From: a bacterium
GTDB lineage: Bacteria; SZUA-182; DTGQ01; JAFGSM01
Direction of reading: 5' to 3'
Assembly (NCBI GenBank): GCA_049472335.1
Contig: JBLIRO010000003.1
Location: forward strand, 1 to 64,000
DNA: 64,000 nucleotides
Below are positions 1 to 10,694 of the stretch, piece after piece (positions within the stretch are counted from its first letter, which is position 1; every line of letters begins with the position of its first letter). The notes below the pieces were generated by a model. It did no database searches, was not told where the DNA came from, and saw only the letters and a program-made list of their open reading frames with translations. The translations under genes were made by a program, and so were the position numbers.

Positions 1-1
1 T

Positions 2-130
2 CACCTCCTGCGAGCCACGACGGCCGAAGAAAGAATCCAGAAGCTGGACCGGCTCCTGAGCTCCATCGAGAATCGCCTCGACGAGCTCCGCGAGGCCGTT
101 TATGCCGACCTTCACAAGCACGAGCCCGAG
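2..130 (+). other. GC-rich fragment resembling the N-terminal part of a class 3-like aldehyde dehydrogenase, fused in frame to the IS4 transposase
   Basis: Frame from position 2 reads HLLRATTAEERIQKLDRLLSSIENRLDELREAVYADLHKHEPEV, resembling the ALDH 'ERI..L.RL...I......I..A...D..K...EV' segment; base composition shifts abruptly at about 135. Confidence 0.55.
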
Positions 131-595
131 GTGCTCATTACCTCATTAATGGATACAGCTACCTATCCTCATTCACTTTTTAAAAAACTCTATCATGATC
201 GCTGGCTAGTAGAAGAAAGCTACAAACTCTTTAAAAGCCGAATCGAATTGGAAAACTTTACCGGGAAATCAGTTGAAGCGGTAAAGCAGGATTTCTACGC
301 CCGCATTTTCATGCTAAACCTTACTTCAATGCTGGCCTTTCCTGTACAAGACCTCATTAATACAAACCATAAAGACTGCAAATATTCATATCAGATCAGT
401 TGGACTCAAGCACTGGCAAAGATGAAAAATGTAGGAATCTTACTTTTTGTCCGCGAAATGATAGCGCCCATTATTGTAAAACTCCAGAAATTGTTCCTAT
501 GGTCTGTTGTCCCTATAAGACCAGGGAGGAAATTTTCCCGAAAATCCCGGTTTCATCAAAGGAGATACGCTTTTGCTTATAAACCGATCTCTTAA
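131..595 (+). CDS. IS4-family transposase, C-terminal portion (partial)
   Basis: YREK-type signature YHDRWLVEESYKLFK; C-terminal PIRPGRKFSR; the stop codon lies inside the terminal repeat. Confidence 0.85.
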   Translation: MLITSLMDTATYPHSLFKKLYHDRWLVEESYKLFKSRIELENFTGKSVEAVKQDFYARIFMLNLTSMLAFPVQDLINTNHKDCKYSYQISWTQALAKMKNVGILLFVREMIAPIIVKLQKLFLWSVVPIRPGRKFSRKSRFHQRRYAFAYKPIS

Positions 596-608
596 CTTAA
601 TGACATTG
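591..608. mobile_element. IS4-family right terminal inverted repeat (CTTAACTTAATGACATTG)
   Basis: Overlaps the transposase stop; matches both ends of the MITE at 14304-14394 at 17/18 positions. Confidence 0.85.
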
Positions 609-1274
609 AGGTGGCATTAGAAAAGCGCTTGTACCAGCCTTTTGAGCAGAATACAGTATTTGTAGCTCATCAAGAAGAATTAATGAGGACCATGCATCAA
701 AAATAATTTGGTGCATGTGTAGCAATAGGAAATGTTCTTCCTGAGTACGAGAAAAAAGGCTCACTCGCATTAATGGTCCTTTTTTTAGATTAAAGGAATG
801 TTGGCATGAAATAGCTATTTGATTATTAATCTCTTCCCAGGTTAAATTAGTAGTATCTATTTGTTCAAAACAGATTTGCTGATTCCTATTAACCTCTTGA
901 AATGGTTCTCCATTATGGAATGAAAAAGTGGTACGTAAAGAAGGATGGCGATTCATAAGTTCCTGAAATGCACCTCGCAGAGCTGAGACATCTACTTCTG
1001 ATTGGATACGAAAGGTTAAGGCAAAGTGCCAAAGAGCACTTTTTGTGCCATTCTGATTCGATAACCATAAGGCCCGCTGACTCTGTGAGAGGGGAAAGAT
1101 ATCAGTATGCTTAGACTCTATCTTAAGGATCCCTGCCTTAGGTTGATTAATCTTTCTTAAGAATAGAAAAAGCGATGTTTTCTCAGGATCACAATTGTGG
1201 ATCTCATCACTTTCTTCCCATGATTTAATAACTTTTGCGGAAAAATCTTCTGATGTTTTTCCTGCAGAGTTCAT
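597..1274 (-). pseudogene. NRPS gene start (condensation domain) truncated by the IS4 insertion
   Basis: PLSQSQRALW, LMNRHPSLRTTF, FNLKKGPLMRVSL and HMHQIIFDAWS (HHxxxDG-like); the last codons QCH* come from the IS end. Confidence 0.85.
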
Positions 1275-1410
1275 AATATATCTTCTATCTTTCTTTAAAA
1301 GTTGATTTCCTTTGTGACTAATGGAGTCTCAGGTATTCAGTTGATAGACATAATTGATTTTGAAAACCCTATCCTCATGTTCTCTTGCAATACACTAAGA
1401 TCTCTTATCG

Positions 1411-2133
1411 TTAGATATATTTATCCCTCCAAAGTGCCATCCTCAATATATCATGATATTTTCCGTCATAAAAGATTTCATTTCGAAAAATTCCTTCAAC
1501 TTTAAAACCAAGTTCTTCATTAATCTTTATATTGCAAATATTTGTGTCCAAAGTACTTAAATAAATCTTCTTAAGCCCCAAAGTTTTTAAACCGTATTGA
1601 ATCCATAATTGAGTAGCTTCTTTGGCAAGCCCTATTCCTCGCATTTTTGGATCCCCGATCAGTTTGCGAAGTTCGGCCTTTTTTGTTCCGGATCGTAATC
1701 TAAAAAGGTAACAGACCCTATAGGGGTATAATCACTCAAACAAATAACACCAATAATATTTTCATTTTTTTCAATGAATTCATCTAAAGTTATTACTTGG
1801 GTCATTGTTTGTGATAATAAAAAATATCTGCAGTATTCATCTGACAACCAATTTTCAAAAATTGGTAAATCTTTGGATTCCTCTAAAGCTCTTATTAGCA
1901 ATCGTTTGTTTTTTTTATGGCAAGGAAATAATATTAGATTTTTTTGATTTACTTTTTGACTTTTCCTTTAAGTTTGTTTTTTTATTATTTAATGCGCAAT
2001 CAAGTAATAAGTTTATAAACCGCAAATAATATGATAAATTAAAACCATAAGTATAAGATTCTTGGAAAAAACTCCTAGCTAATGTCTCTATTGTAATTTT
2101 TTGGATCTCTTGTTTTTGTTCCATTACTTGCAT
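1411..2133 (-). pseudogene. GNAT (RimJ/RimL-type) N-acetyltransferase split into three ORFs (1915-2133, 1659-1901, 1411-1644)
   Basis: Adding one A to the A6 run near 1680 restores QKKAELRKLIGDPKMRGIGLAKEAT...NEELGFKVEGIFR; a second break lies at an A8 run near 1910; AGGAGG RBS upstream of 2133. Confidence 0.75.
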
Positions 2134-3006
2134 TTTATCCTCCTAACAAAGCTCCACTATAGAGCAGTAAAATCAATAGAGACAGAGCTTTATGATGCTG
2201 GTTGCTAAATACTAGATACTGAATAAATATGAACAAAATGATTTTTTAATTTACTAAAATTCATAGATTAGAAAAAAGTATTTTTTCCATTTCATACTGA
2301 ATCAATCAATTAAAGTTGATTCAATTATTAATTTCTGTTAATTAAGTACAATATAATAACCTTGAAAGCTTTTTTTCTTTTTATTAGTTTAATTATATAG
2401 AAAAAGTAGAATTAATTTCTTTTTCTAATTTTTAATTGAGGAAGTATTAAATAAATTAGCACAAGAATAATAACTAAAATGTTTTTATTCACTAAGTTAA
2501 ATAAGTCAACATAAAATGGTCATTGGTATAAAGAATAAAAAGATATTAATTTAATTTATTAATAAGCCAATTCTGAAAAATTTCTCTCGTAATTTAAATA
2601 ACTATTCTTCTTTTTATTATTATTTTTTATTAATATTTTTTTTGTTTTATTTTTATAGATAGTTTAAATTGAAACATACATTTTTTTAACATTTTAATTA
2701 ATTTTTACATTCATTTTTTAAACTATCATTATTGATAATTGTTACAAAACCTTTAAGCAAACTAAGTCATATTTTTTGACTAAGAGTTAATTGTAATAAA
2801 AAGTTAATTATTATTTTTTTTATTTATCGAAAGATTTATTATCAATCTATAATCTTTTACATATTTGTTTAATTTTTTTTAATTTATTTGAGTTATTTAC
2901 CTAATTGATAAGTTCCCCTTTTTTCTTTTGTGCGTATGAATATATAGAAGGTAAAACCTTTAATAAATAAACTCAATTTTCTTTGGATTCAATTATTAGT
3001 ATTAAA

Positions 3007-3035
3007 ATTACCACTCTTGGTGGGATTATTCATTT
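3007..3035 (-). promoter_or_regulatory. Conserved 29-nt leader element, copy 1 (sense AAATGAATAATCCCACCAAGAGTGGTAAT)
   Basis: Identical to 31301-31329; lies just after the loaP-like stop; contains a CCAC-N5-GTGG mini-hairpin. Confidence 0.6.
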
Positions 3036-3041
3036 AATAAA

Positions 3042-3442
3042 TCAATGCAATTTAATTATATTTAATCCTAATATAGTATCAATCTCACGATTAAACATTT
3101 TAATGCGAACTTTTGCTTTATATTTCTTTTTGTTTATAAATATTATAGTTCCTTTAAAGTTTTTAAGTGGTCCATATAATATTTCAACATTATCACCATT
3201 ATGAAAAATACCTTTCGATAATGGCACAATACCATATACAAGAAAATATATCCTGGAAATAATGGGTATATTTTTTTTACTAAAACTCCAGATTTCGTAT
3301 GTAATAATTCTTTTAATGGTATTAGCATGTTAAATTGATTGTTAAAAATTTTATTTATTTTAAATTTAATCTCAAATTCCTTATTAGTTATTGTTTGCAA
3401 TACATACAAATTTTCATAATACATTGAATCTCTATTGTTCAT
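3042..3442 (-). pseudogene. loaP: LoaP/RfaH-type NusG-paralogue antiterminator with an internal deletion and frameshift
   Basis: NGN part LYVLQTITNKE...PLFPGYIF and KOW part GDNVEILYGPLKNFKGTI...KAKVRI are in different frames; the second half of the NGN domain is missing. Confidence 0.7.
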
Positions 3443-3524
3443 TTCTCTAACACCTCAAGTCTTTTTTAAAAAAATATTTAAAAAATACAGAAATTTAATT
3501 TTTTCATTCTCAATCTTTACTATT

Positions 3525-3931
3525 TTATCAAGCAAGTCCTATACCAAGCATATTTTATTATATAATTCAAAGCATTATACATAACTTAAAATTTTCTTTA
3601 TGTTATTATGTTAGAAATTTTATAATAATCTACGTTTAAACATTTGTTATTTAATCAAACTAAAAATGTTAGCAAAAAACCAATGTTATTTTTTTATTAA
3701 CACTTTTTTTTCTATTTAATGAAAAACTATATCTCAGCCAATCTAATTATTGGATTAAGAAAACATATTATTTTGATATTTAACTTATATGACGGACAAA
3801 AATTCTATTTCTCGCATTTAAAAGTAAGTAAATGAAAAATCAGATTTTGCCTATGGTTCAAGGTGACTTTTTAATAAAAAAATTTTTTTATTTATTCTTC
3901 TCTAAAGGATTCGGGCAGGAATCTGCCAAAG
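3525..3931. repeat. Diverged direct repeat copy A (promoter module plus helicase 3'-end remnant)
   Basis: Colinear blocks shared with ~31432-31872, e.g. TATATCTCAGCCAATCTAATTATTGG, TATATGACGGACAAAA, TTCTATTTCTCGCATTT, AGATTTTGCCTATG. Confidence 0.9.
3531..3547 (-). promoter_or_regulatory. sigma54 (-24/-12) promoter, copy 1
   Basis: Minus strand TTGGTATAGGACTTGCT fits GG-N10-GC, about 90 bp upstream of the loaP-like start; conserved in the second copy. Confidence 0.7.
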
Positions 3932-3960
3932 TTAAAGGGAGAAGAAAAGCTTGTTGAAAA

Positions 3961-5179
3961 CAAGTGTCATGTCAACTTTATTTTTTCGTAAAAATATGAT
4001 CTATTGTTTTCATAATCAACCAGCGGGGATTGAATATGAAGAAATTCATTGTAGCACTTACAGAGGACGTCCGGGACTTTCTTAGTGTACTGGCATCCAA
4101 GGGCAAACACAAATCACAAAAAATTCTTAACGTACTGATTTTGCTTGTGTGCGATGAGGGACAGTACCTGTCAAAACGATCGACTAACGAAGAAATTGCC
4201 CGAGTATTGAAAATAAGTATGAAAAAGATAGATCGTTTGAAGAAGCGATTTGTAGAGGAGGGCCTTGATGTTGCCCTCAACGGAAATAAAGGCGAGCGCA
4301 TATACAAGAAAAAGGCAGATGGGGATTTTGAAGCCCATTTGGTTGCATTGAGTTGCAGTGATCCGCCAGAAGGATTTGCTAAGTGGTCTCTTAGGTTGTT
4401 AACAGACAAAGTTGTTGAGCTTGAATATATAGATAACATCTACCACGAAACGGTACGGCGTGTTTTAAAAAAAACGAAATCAAGCCTTGGCAGCGAAAAG
4501 GATGGGTAATTCCTCCTGAGCAAAACGGCGGTTTTATCGCAGACATGGAGATGGTGCTGGATGTTTGCAAACGTCCGCTCGATCTATGTTACCCTGTTGT
4601 ATGCATGGACGAGTCCCCAAAGTAACTGATAGCAGAGACAAGGATTCCAATCCCTGTTTCGCCTGGCCAGCCGGAAAGGCACGATTATGAATACAGGCGT
4701 TGTGGTGTATGCAATATTTTCCTTGCCTGTGAGCCATTGGCAGGAAAGCGTATGGTGACGATTACTGAAAGAAAAACCAAGCGGGATTGGGCTTATTTTC
4801 TGGAAAAGATTGCTGATTAATACAAAGTTGCAGAAAAAATAACACCGGTGATGGACAACCTGAATACTCATACACCAGAATCGCTCTATGAAACGTTTCC
4901 GCCGGATAAGGGAAAGGCGTTATGGGTCAGGTTCAGTTTTGTGTACACCCCTAAGCATGGAAGTTGGTTGAACATGGCTGAGATAGAGTTGAAAGTGTTC
5001 ACAGGCCAGTATCTGAACAGAAAAATCGATAACATTGAAAAAGTCAAGCAAGAAGCACAAGCGTGGCAGGAGCTCAGAAATAACAAGAATGCAAAGATGA
5101 ATAAACAATTCACAGCAGAGGGTGCTCGGATAAAATTATCTCGACTTTATCCGACAATTTAAAATTGACAGGGCATTAG
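3961..5179 (+). mobile_element. IS630-family element, inactivated (orfA 4030-4509, orfB to 5162)
   Basis: HTH-type orfA; A8 slippage site near 4467; DDE motifs VCMDE, VMDNLNTH and TPKHGSWLNMAEIE; two in-frame stops in orfB; imperfect TIRs CAAGTGTCATGTCAACTTTA / TAAAATTGACAGGGCATTAG. Confidence 0.9.
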
Positions 5180-5225
5180 CGATATTTTTTAAAAAAACGG
5201 AGTAAGTGTATAAGATACTACAACC

Positions 5226-6458
5226 TTAATCATATCTCAATGCCTCCGCAGGGTCTAATAATGACGCCCGATGAGCTGGATAGAGTCCTGAGAAAATACC
5301 AGTCAATAAAGAAACAATTATGGCAACAATTATATATTTTAAGGCAAGAAGCCTGGGTTTATTACTAAATACCTGAATTACCAAGATAAGACTAATTCCG
5401 ACGCCGGTACCAATAATCCCTCCAATAAGACTGATAAAGATTGACTCAGATAGAAACTGGATCATAACATCGATTTTGCGGGCCCCTAGTGCCTTGCGAA
5501 GACCGATTTCCTTGATTCTTTCCACCACAGAGACAGTCATGATATTCATGATACCAATGCCACCAACCACCAAGGATACTATAGCCGCTATGGCGCCGAT
5601 CCAGGCTACACCCTGGAGGATCTTATTGGTTGTCTCAATATATTGCTGCATGGTATATGAATCGTAATTATAGCGCCCCTTATATCGGTGGTGAAGGATG
5701 GTCTTGATTTCTTCGGCGGCAGCTTTTGCTGAAAAGATATCTATAGCTTCGGCCTGAATATGATCAATCGATTTGTTATTGTATTGATTCTGATAAGTTG
5801 AGATGGGAATAATCAACCTATTATTGGCATCTTCTCCGCCTGTAGAGCCTATACTTGAAAGAAAGTCCCGGTTCTTTTCCTCCACTATTCCAACGACTGT
5901 GTATTTATTGTTTTCGACTATGATCTCATGACCTAGGGGGTTATTCTTTCCAAAAAGCTTATCCAAAACCTTTACACCAATGACACAGACACTGCGTCTA
6001 AACTCGATATCCTCAGCCATAAGAAATCTACCCCTTGCCATGGAATCATTGTTTATGAGTGCATAATCCTGTCCTACTGCCAAAAGTTTGATTTTGACAT
6101 AGTTGTTGTCATATTTCGCCCACAAATTCCAATTGGATAGAACAGGGGTAAGTTTTTTAATCAGCCGGGCATTTTTCAAAATGGCAGTTACATCATCATT
6201 ATCAAGACCAGTGCCGGGAGAGATTGTTTTGCCTGGCTGATCGTCATAAAAGGAGCGGTAAACCCACAGGGACTTAAGCCCAAAAGTCTCCAATTCCTCA
6301 AAGATAATGGATTGCCCGCTTCTGACTGCTGCGCCGACCATGATGACTGCAGCTACACCTATGATAATACCCAAGAGAGTCAGGAATGTTCTGAAGCGGT
6401 TAGACTTGAGCACTTCTACGGCACTTAATATATTCTCAATGTGATGAGCCATTATCAA
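5226..6458 (-). CDS. MacB/FtsX-family ABC transporter permease
   Basis: RTFLTLLGIIIGVAAVI, GGIGIMNIMTVSVVERIKEIGLRKALGA, YPAHRASLLDPAEALRYD. Confidence 0.95.
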   Translation of the reverse strand: MIMAHHIENILSAVEVLKSNRFRTFLTLLGIIIGVAAVIMVGAAVRSGQSIIFEELETFGLKSLWVYRSFYDDQPGKTISPGTGLDNDDVTAILKNARLIKKLTPVLSNWNLWAKYDNNYVKIKLLAVGQDYALINNDSMARGRFLMAEDIEFRRSVCVIGVKVLDKLFGKNNPLGHEIIVENNKYTVVGIVEEKNRDFLSSIGSTGGEDANNRLIIPISTYQNQYNNKSIDHIQAEAIDIFSAKAAAEEIKTILHHRYKGRYNYDSYTMQQYIETTNKILQGVAWIGAIAAIVSLVVGGIGIMNIMTVSVVERIKEIGLRKALGARKIDVMIQFLSESIFISLIGGIIGTGVGISLILVIQVFSNKPRLLALKYIIVAIIVSLLTGIFSGLYPAHRASLLDPAEALRYD

Positions 6459-7116
6459 TAATCCTGCCGTCCTTAAGTCTTATTATTCGGTGTGCAAACT
6501 GAGCCATTGCTGGCTCGTGAGTAACCATAATAATAGTTTTTCCCTCCTGGTTCAGATGGACAAAGATCTTCATGACCTCATTGCTGGTAGAAGAATCTAG
6601 GTTTCCTGTAGGCTCATCTGCTAAAAGGATGGAAGGATTTGTAACAAGGGCCCTGGCAATGGCCACCCTTTGCTGTTGTCCACCGGAGAGTTCGTTCGGT
6701 TTGTGAAGGGATCGATTGCCAAGTCCAAAAGTTTCAAGAGCGGTGCGTGCAATTTGAAGTCTTTTACTACCTCTTGACAATCCAGCATAAATGAGAGGTA
6801 ACTCTATGTTTTTTATGACGTTCATTCTTGGCAGCAAATTAAAGTTCTGAAAAATGAAGCCAATCTTCCGGTTCCTTATTTTGGCCAGTTCATCATCAGG
6901 CAATGTACTGATATCTCTGTCAGCCATATAATATTGACCTAAAGTAGGTCTATCAAGACATCCGATAATATTCATCAGTGTTGATTTACCAGAGCCAGAC
7001 GCCCCCATAATTGCCATAAATTCACCAGCTTTAACTACTAAGCTGGCATTATCAAGTGCTTGAACCTCTCCAGAGCCTATATGATAAATCCGGCTAATAC
7101 CTTCTAATCGAAGCAT
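6436..7116 (-). CDS. ABC transporter ATP-binding protein (MacB/LolD type)
   Basis: [35 protein letters not shown]. Confidence 0.95.
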   Translation of the reverse strand: MLRLEGISRIYHIGSGEVQALDNASLVVKAGEFMAIMGASGSGKSTLMNIIGCLDRPTLGQYYMADRDISTLPDDELAKIRNRKIGFIFQNFNLLPRMNVIKNIELPLIYAGLSRGSKRLQIARTALETFGLGNRSLHKPNELSGGQQQRVAIARALVTNPSILLADEPTGNLDSSTSNEVMKIFVHLNQEGKTIIMVTHEPAMAQFAHRIIRLKDGRIIDNGSSH

Positions 7117-7122
7117 TTTCCT

Positions 7123-8436
7123 TTACTCACTTTTAACCTTATCCCTATCCTTCAACCTTCCTAGGTAGTTTATTATCACCTTATCTGCCTCCTGTAAACC
7201 ATGAGTAATCTCAACTGAATCCATATCTGAAAGTCCGGTTTTTATGTTAACTTTAAAGGCTATATCTTTCCGATAAAGCCAGACAAAAGATTGATCACCT
7301 GCCCTATGAACAGAAGCCAAAGGCAAAAAGAGAACATTCTCTTTCTTTTCTTTAATAATCTTTACATCTACTTGATTAGCTATTTTTAAGGGATTAGCGG
7401 GATCATCTATAATGATAATTGTTTCCACTACAGTTCTTTCCCCTTTGATATGAGCTTGAGGTGCAATCCAGGACACATGGCCAGAGTATCCTTTATCAGT
7501 GAAGGCATCAAAAGTAATAATCGCCTTTTGTTCTTTTTCAATCCAGCCTGCATCCAGTTCATCCACCTCAGCTCGCACTCGCAATCGCTTAGTGTCTGCA
7601 ATGGTCATCATGGGCTGCCCTACAGAGACAAACATACCATCCTTCACCTCTTTAAATACTACCGTGCCTTTCAAAGGAGAGGTACACAGTAGACGATTTC
7701 TCTGGTCAACGACCAGTTCAAGCTCTGCCTCTGCTAGCTCTTTTTGTTTGAGTGCAATCTCGTACTCTGCCCTTAGGATTGCCAGGTTGATTCTCAACTT
7801 ATCTTTTGTATTAAAATATTCTTGAGCTTTTTCCAATTCCCTCTGAGCTTGTAAAAGCTCAATCTCTGCCTTTTTAAATTGGTCTTCCTTTTCCCTGAGA
7901 TTAATCAGTGACTCTGCTTGTATATCATATAACTCCTTAGAGAGTTTAAAATCCCGCTTGGATGAATCCCTGGTAATGATGGCCTGCTGATACTTATTTT
8001 CCATAGTCTTTAGGTTTAACTCTAATTCTGAGGGATCTGAGTATGCATACTCCGATGCCTCCAGTTTTGTCTTGGTCTTCTGAATTAAGATCTGTGCCTG
8101 CCCAAGCTTCAAACGGGCCCTTATGACCTTACTATCAGCATCTGTACTATCAAATAAAACCAATTCATCCCCTATCTGAACAGAGTGACCTTCTTCAGCC
8201 AATACCTTCACAATCCTGGTGTCTACTTCGGCTCTGATTACCACTTCTTCTGTCGCCTCTATCCGACCGGTGGTTTTTATATAGTCAGTAATCTTGCCTC
8301 GTTTCACAGAGGCTATTTCAACTATAGTGGAGGTAGTCTTTTTCCCATTAAGAAAAATAATGGTAAGAATAACTAAAATACATAAAATGCCTAATAATAC
8401 CCATTTTTTCAAAATAGTTCTTCTCCTATTGCCCAT
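7123..8436 (-). CDS. Efflux periplasmic adaptor subunit (MacA/HlyD family)
   Basis: N-terminal TM segment, lipoyl halves (EEGHSVQIGDELV; SPLKGTV), long coiled coil, TGLSDMDSVEITHGL. Confidence 0.9.
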   Translation of the reverse strand: MGNRRRTILKKWVLLGILCILVILTIIFLNGKKTTSTIVEIASVKRGKITDYIKTTGRIEATEEVVIRAEVDTRIVKVLAEEGHSVQIGDELVLFDSTDADSKVIRARLKLGQAQILIQKTKTKLEASEYAYSDPSELELNLKTMENKYQQAIITRDSSKRDFKLSKELYDIQAESLINLREKEDQFKKAEIELLQAQRELEKAQEYFNTKDKLRINLAILRAEYEIALKQKELAEAELELVVDQRNRLLCTSPLKGTVVFKEVKDGMFVSVGQPMMTIADTKRLRVRAEVDELDAGWIEKEQKAIITFDAFTDKGYSGHVSWIAPQAHIKGERTVVETIIIIDDPANPLKIANQVDVKIIKEKKENVLFLPLASVHRAGDQSFVWLYRKDIAFKVNIKTGLSDMDSVEITHGLQEADKVIINYLGRLKDRDKVKSE

Positions 8437-9788
8437 TGGAGTTTTGCCTTGGCTATCTCAAAATCTATCAGAGCATTAATATATCTTTCCCTTGTCTCAG
8501 CTAGGCTTAGATTATACTCTGCCACCAGATTGATAGTAGCTGCACCAACTTCAAATTGCCTTTTAGCTGCTTTAAGGTTTTTTTCAGCCAGGGTGATGTT
8601 ATGTTCTGATAGGATAATCCTTTCAGCAGCTCCAATTAGACAATTATAGGCCTGCTGAACCTCTTGGATAATAATCTGTTTTTGTTTTTCCATTTCCAAC
8701 TCCCAAACTGAAAGCTCAGAGCTTACTTGGTCAATCTTTTTTCGTGTGGCAAATCCTTCAAAGAGATTAAGCTTAACTATAAGCTTTACTGCCCAATAGT
8801 CACGACTGAGGTCTGCCCAAGCGTCATCAAGAGTGTCTCTACTATACCCTATACAATTATAATAGCCAGCTATATCAACTTGTGGGAAATAATCGGCTCT
8901 CACTATCCCTATCTTTGCCTTATTGCTCCAAATCTGGCTATTAATGTATGTTAACTCGGGTCGTAAAACGAGGGCTTTTTGGACAGCCTTTTCAACAGTC
9001 TCTTCATTGTGTTTGGAAAAGGTGTAATAAGGTTCATCCGTAAGAGTAAGGATCGATTGTACACCTGAATGAATGATTCCCATCTCCCTTAACAGTATAT
9101 CTTCAGCTTTCTTTTGAGCGGTTTTGGCATATAATAAGTCCCCGCGGTTGTTAAAAAAATCTACCTCAGCCTTTTCTCTTTCTAGTCCTGAAAGTGCCCC
9201 CTTTTCATATCTTTTTCTTGCTACCTCCAGGATTGACTCAGAATAAGTGACCTTTTCCTGATAGATGTTAACAATTTTTTCTGCCTGTTTTAACTCCCAA
9301 TAGGCATTTATGACAAAAAGGATTATAGCTCTTTGCTGAATTAATTTATTAATTTCTGCTGCCCTAACCTGAGCCTTTGCCTCCTTAATAATTTCTGAGA
9401 TACGCCCACCAGTATAGAGGTTTTTGGTTAGCTGTAACGAGAAATCAGTCTGGTAATCGGGAACATCTTTGCTCGGTGAAACAGTATAGGTCTTTTTGGA
9501 AATAGGTTCGGTTATGGATATTTGTATTGGCTCAAATTTTTCGATAGTTTTCATATAACGGTTATTAAAGACAAGATCCAGTCTGGGGTATAATTCGGAT
9601 CTGGCCACTTCTAAGGCCATCTTAGATTTTTGAAATTGTTGGCTTGCTATCATCCCCTTTGGCTGATTTTCCAGGGCAATCCTTATAGCCTCATAAAGAG
9701 ACAAGGTTGATTGAGCCCTGGCTACTCCTGATATGATCACCACTATAAACAGGATAGGGAAAAAAGGCTTATAAGTCATTTTAATCAT
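8409..9788 (-). CDS. TolC-family outer membrane efflux protein
   Basis: Signal peptide; LSLYEAIRIALEN; two OEP repeats (YPRLDL / YFPQVDI); AKAKLQWAIG end; upstream of adaptor and ABC genes. Confidence 0.9.
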   Translation of the reverse strand: MIKMTYKPFFPILFIVVIISGVARAQSTLSLYEAIRIALENQPKGMIASQQFQKSKMALEVARSELYPRLDLVFNNRYMKTIEKFEPIQISITEPISKKTYTVSPSKDVPDYQTDFSLQLTKNLYTGGRISEIIKEAKAQVRAAEINKLIQQRAIILFVINAYWELKQAEKIVNIYQEKVTYSESILEVARKRYEKGALSGLEREKAEVDFFNNRGDLLYAKTAQKKAEDILLREMGIIHSGVQSILTLTDEPYYTFSKHNEETVEKAVQKALVLRPELTYINSQIWSNKAKIGIVRADYFPQVDIAGYYNCIGYSRDTLDDAWADLSRDYWAVKLIVKLNLFEGFATRKKIDQVSSELSVWELEMEKQKQIIIQEVQQAYNCLIGAAERIILSEHNITLAEKNLKAAKRQFEVGAATINLVAEYNLSLAETRERYINALIDFEIAKAKLQWAIGEELF

Positions 9789-9914
9789 TTATCACATAAG
9801 GGTTTAGAACAAATAAGGCCTGAGCTAAAAAACTGAGGCCAGCAATCTTTATATAAAATATTAGATAGTTCTGACTTAATATTATAAATGGTGAGATCAG
9901 TTAACCGCTCAAAC

Positions 9915-10130
9915 ACTAGGGCAGAATATCCCAATCAAATCTGGGGCATTGATATGACGAAGATCAAGGTCAATCCCTGGGGCAGGTTATATTTACTATT
10001 GTAATTGATTGGTTTACTAAGAAGATTGTCGGGAATTAAGCAAATCTCTTTTCATACGGGCTAATCCTAAGGGGAATTTTATATACTCAAAGAGTCCTTA
10101 GGGCCCTTATTTAAAATGGGGAGCATTACA
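9915..10130 (+). mobile_element. IS3-family remnant (integrase core fragment and right end)
   Basis: Reads RAEYPNQIWGIDMTKIKVNPWGRLY...VIDWFTKKIVG (rve core start); ends AAAATGGGGAGCATTACA, like an IS3 right end. Confidence 0.7.
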
Positions 10131-10131
10131 T

Positions 10132-10674
10132 TTATAAGACACCACAATAAAAAGCCAATTCTTTTAAGTTTCCAAATACTAATGATGCTTTTGGACTAAT
10201 CGTTTTTTGACGACCAGACAGTAGTTGAATAGCTTTTTGAACTCCAGCTATACATCCTGCCTCTATATCTGTTTCATGATCACCAACCATCCATGCTTGT
10301 AATAGTGAAATATTATACTTTGCTGCCGCCAACTCAAGTAAACCAATATTTGGTTTACGACAAGAACATCCATCGATAGGGGTGTGTGGACAATAATAAA
10401 TAGAAATGTCCTTTGCCCCATTCCTAGCAAACATTTCAATTAAATTATTATTTATTCTTTCAACAAATTCCCTTGCAACTAATTTCCGTCCTATTGGTGA
10501 TTGATTTGTAACAACTGCTAACTTCACACCCCGTTTTGCAAAGGCAACAATCGCATCAAGTGAACCAGGAATTAATTTTACATCTTCATCGCGGAGGATG
10601 TATGGATCAATATGCTCAAAAATAACACCATCACGATCTAATATTAGTAAAAATGGTAACTGTATAATATTCAT
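10132..10674 (-). CDS. gmhB: D-glycero-D-manno-heptose 1,7-bisphosphate phosphatase (HAD IIIA)
   Basis: LDRDGV, VTNQS, YCPHTPIDGCSCRKP, MVGDHETD. Confidence 0.88.
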   Translation of the reverse strand: MNIIQLPFLLILDRDGVIFEHIDPYILRDEDVKLIPGSLDAIVAFAKRGVKLAVVTNQSPIGRKLVAREFVERINNNLIEMFARNGAKDISIYYCPHTPIDGCSCRKPNIGLLELAAAKYNISLLQAWMVGDHETDIEAGCIAGVQKAIQLLSGRQKTISPKASLVFGNLKELAFYCGVL

Positions 10675-10694
10675 ATTCTTAGCCTAATTCTTTA

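Noticed and set aside
2140..3000. CRISPR array, ncRNA or hidden gene in the AT-rich spacer (also 37710-38700)
   Set aside because: No regularly spaced repeats, recognisable RNA family or credible ORF
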